Under the pieces are notes generated by a model. The model worked only from the letters and a program-made list of their open reading frames with translations, had not been told where the DNA came from and ran no database searches. The position numbers and the translations under genes are program-made. Of a stretch of 64,000 nucleotides of DNA, positions 61,260 through 64,000 are shown in pieces (positions within the stretch are counted from its first letter, which is position 1; every line of letters begins with the position of its first letter). The DNA is from Candidatus Bathyarchaeota archaeon (GTDB taxonomy: Archaea; Thermoproteota; Bathyarchaeia; 40CM-2-53-6). The stretch spans positions 32,001 to 96,000 of the forward strand of contig CAWHWX010000009.1 of NCBI GenBank assembly GCA_963833125.1, read 5' to 3'.

Positions 61260-62035
61260 CCTTTAGCACTGACTTTGATGCTGGCCTTCAGGGCTTCCAT
61301 CAAATCCTGCGTGGCCTCAATCTCGGGAACCTTGGGCTCAAAGACTTCTTCCTTCCCCTTCATTTTGGCCTCAACTAAGTCCGTTAACGCTTCCTGGTAA
61401 CGGTCCTTGTACTCCTTCAAGTTGAACGGTTTTTTCATAATTCGAATGAGTTGTCCTGCGAGTTCCAATTCCTCTGGCGAGACCTCGACCGGTTTTCTGA
61501 GTTCTTCAAAGTCGCTCGGGTCCCGGACTTCGTCCGCGTAATGCATCGTCTCCATTAGGATCGAATTTCCGTAGGGCCGAATTGCAACCAAATGTTCACG
61601 TTCATGCATGACGACCCTGCCTACAGCAACTTTGCCATTTGCCTGAAGTGCTTCGAGTAGGAGGAAGTATGGTTTCTTTGAATCCTCCGTGGGGACAAGG
61701 AAGTAGCCTTTGTCGAAATAAATCGAATCGAGCTTATCTAAGTCCACAAAGCGGAGTATCTCAATTGCTTTACCGGATTTGATTTCGACTGTCTCTAGGT
61801 CTTTGTTTGAGAGTGCGATGTACTTGCCTTTCTCTACCTCGTACCCTCTTAGAATACTGCTCCATGGTACTTCCTTCTTGTCCTTCGAACAGACTCGCTT
61901 GAACTGTATGGGGCTCTTGTCTCTGGGGCAGAGTAGACGCAAGCCGACTTTGTGCTCAGACACCGCGCCGAATCCCTTGACGGGGATGCTGACGAGGCCG
62001 AATGTTATGGATCCACTCCAAGTAGCTCTTGGCAA
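61256..62035 (-). CDS. ku: NHEJ DNA end-binding protein Ku
   Basis: MPRATWSGSITFGLVSIPVK, RGYE, YFDKGYFL.P, MHYADEVR, YKDRY and DLMEALKAS. Confidence 0.96.
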   Translation of the reverse strand: MPRATWSGSITFGLVSIPVKGFGAVSEHKVGLRLLCPRDKSPIQFKRVCSKDKKEVPWSSILRGYEVEKGKYIALSNKDLETVEIKSGKAIEILRFVDLDKLDSIYFDKGYFLVPTEDSKKPYFLLLEALQANGKVAVGRVVMHEREHLVAIRPYGNSILMETMHYADEVRDPSDFEELRKPVEVSPEELELAGQLIRIMKKPFNLKEYKDRYQEALTDLVEAKMKGKEEVFEPKVPEIEATQDLMEALKASIKVSAKG

Positions 62036-62160
62036 GGTTTGACCGAGAGGATGGGGGATGCGGGTCTACTTCAACAGTGCTCTTCCAATGCTACCCATTT
62101 TAGCTAATTCTTGCCAAACTCACCATGAACCAACGTATGGTTTAACCCGCAGACGGTGCA

Positions 62161-63118
62161 ATGTTCAATGGAAATAGAACCGTTGAGTTCACCCTCAAAT
62201 TCCCGTGGGAAGGTTTCTTGGCCGACAAAACACAACTCGTCCGAGTCAACGGTCGCAACCTTAAGCTCACCAACTTGGAAAAGGTCCTGTGGCCCGACGA
62301 GAAGATCACCAAGGCTGAGGTCATAAAATACTACGCGGATTTGAACGAGTACATAATCGCATTCCTCAAAGACCGGCCAATAATGACGCGGCGCTATCCA
62401 CAGGGAATCACTCAAGAATACTTTGTTCAGAAACATTTTCCGCATGTTCCTGAATGGGTGGAATTATTCTCATTCAAGTCAGAACACTATGTCCTATGCA
62501 ACGACCTTCCCACACTCATCTGGCTAGGTAACTTGGCGGCAATTGAGATCAACCACATGCTCGCCAAATCACCAAACGTAACCAGACATGATCTGGTTCT
62601 GATAGACTTGGATCCGCATTTGCCAGCCAATTTCGACGATGCGAGAGTGGTTGCTCGTGGGAGTGGCGACGGTGCTTGAGAGGTTGGAGTTAGAATTTCT
62701 ACTAAAGACCTCGGGAGCGGACGGTATACACTTCCTGATTCCAATCGAACGTCGTTACAGTGTTGAGAAGATCAGAAAGTTCGTGTATGTGATCGGAAAG
62801 CTGATTGAGAAAGCCAACCCGAATTTGGCTACGGTGTCAACTAGAGCAGATCGGAAGAAGGGGCACGTATACGTAGATTTCCTTCAAAACGGCCTAGAGA
62901 AAACGATTACCGCTCCGCTAAGCATAAGGGCACTGCCAGGAGCCCCCGTCTCATACCCTCTAACAGTCAAGCAGTTGGACGACCGTAAACTAAATCCACA
63001 AAATTTCAGCGTCCGGAAAGCTCCCCGAAAATCGCCGGCGCTCCGAAGTATGCTTCACCTCAGCCGGACCTCCCAAGATCTAGGCCCGGTCTTCGCCAAA
63101 CTGGGCATTGAGACCTAG
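62161..63118 (+). CDS. NHEJ primase-polymerase (LigD Pol domain); +1 frameshift in GGG at 62659-62661; start probably TTG 62218
   Basis: LTNLEKVLWP, TK.E.I.YY, RRYPQGI, QKH, DLDP, KTSG..GIH, VYVDFLQN and AP.S.RA..GAPVS.PL. Confidence 0.93.
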
Positions 63119-63216
63119 CCTATCCAGACTTTCAGAAGCTTCGGATCATGGGTGGATTCGAAGTTACTGTTAATCCAATGATGTCTTCGGCTTGTTTGAA
63201 TAGAATCTTCTGCATG

Positions 63217-64000
63217 CTAGAGCCACAAGCGTTTCCTTTTCAAAATGGTCTTTCCATCGACTTCCACGCACGCTTGCTTAAACACCAGGTCAATGTGAAG
63301 AGGCGCTTTGTTTTTCCCTCCAACCTTACTGTTGTCCCCGAGCGCGATATGCGCAGTTCCAAAAGTTGCCTCATCTTCTATTATAGCACCTCGAATGTGC
63401 GCGAGTGGATTTAATCCGATTCCAAACTCCGCAACATTGAACGCCGCCTGATTTCGCGCGCTGCGCAAGACTCTCAACAGTACCCGTGCCTCGCGACCGC
63501 CCTTAATTCTTGTAGCTATGCCATGTGCGAATTCAATTTGGATAGGTTTACGCAAGAGGCCGTTGACTGAGGTGCTGCCATCGACAACGAGAGTCCCATT
63601 TGTTGTCCCTTCAACGGGCGCTATGTACGCCTCAATATCAGGAACAGCAGTTACATCACCCGCACGTTTGCATAATCCAGTTACACCACCCCCTCTCCTA
63701 CCCACCACGCTCAAATCGAGATCAGTACCTGCTCGATTGCTTACTCTCATTCTTCTCGCACGAGTGAAACGACGGACAATCTTCCTCACAAGAACTTCTT
63801 GCTTTTCGAAATCAGCAAACATAGCACTAGAATCTAAGACAGGCATGGTGCAGCCAGCCATTGATAGAAAACGAACCCCTGCTCTACACGCGGCAATTCT
63901 CGCGTTGGAATGGTACAGAGTCGTACTAGCGACGGATATCACGACGTCGGATGACAACATAGCAGAGACAACAACACTAGGCGGTTCACTTCCTGGAAGT
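63217..64000 (-). CDS. Aminopeptidase T / M29-like metallopeptidase, 5' end beyond the window
   Basis: GTDL, EAYIAP, AEFGIGLNP, EDE..FGTAHIALG and HIDLV. Confidence 0.82.
   Translation of the reverse strand, partial: LPGSEPPSVVVSAMLSSDVVISVASTTLYHSNARIAACRAGVRFLSMAGCTMPVLDSSAMFADFEKQEVLVRKIVRRFTRARRMRVSNRAGTDLDLSVVGRRGGGVTGLCKRAGDVTAVPDIEAYIAPVEGTTNGTLVVDGSTSVNGLLRKPIQIEFAHGIATRIKGGREARVLLRVLRSARNQAAFNVAEFGIGLNPLAHIRGAIIEDEATFGTAHIALGDNSKVGGKNKAPLHIDLVFKQACVEVDGKTILKRKRLWL

Noticed and set aside
62639-62679. Programmed frameshift in the NHEJ polymerase
   Set aside because: There is no slippery heptamer or stimulatory structure, and one extra G fits the window-wide indel error pattern.
33860-64000. 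Integrated provirus or island at tRNA-Ser
   Set aside because: No integrase, virion genes or att duplication were seen in the window.

Overview
Archaeal chromosomal DNA, most likely a TACK-superphylum archaeon such as Bathyarchaeia. That assignment is inferred from a BHB-intron tRNA, NreA with a PIP box, a single-OB SSB, an archaeosortase, and PEF-CTERM and CFI-box-CTERM tails. At least 13 genes are split by single-base indels, and a 47-T tract flanked by adapter-like sequence lies at about 1.65 kb, so the consensus is error-prone. Layout: (1) 1.9-19.6 kb, a cell-surface locus with rmlC/A/D/B, DegT, an epimerase, a methyltransferase, GT2/GT4, two GT-C-like membrane proteins, an archaeosortase, two VPEFP-tailed substrates, and a 33-bp upstream element present twice. 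(2) 19.6-33.9 kb, housekeeping and DNA repair genes (DUF62, NadM, Ogt, NreA, SSB with an RGG tail, orphan ParB, rhomboid, MPG) and tRNA-Ser(CGA) with two introns. (3) 34-58 kb, surface proteins, carbon and redox genes (GAPN, FadD-like ligase, Acs, SatP, malic enzyme, Gnd, a TrxR-like protein lacking CxxC), and a STAND-TPR ATPase followed by a small His/Cys-rich protein. (4) 59.1-63.1 kb, the main highlight: a complete split-gene NHEJ locus (Ku, LigD ligase, polymerase, phosphoesterase) with a DUF72 gene in the ku-ligase run. No CRISPR array, rRNA, transposase or integrase was seen.
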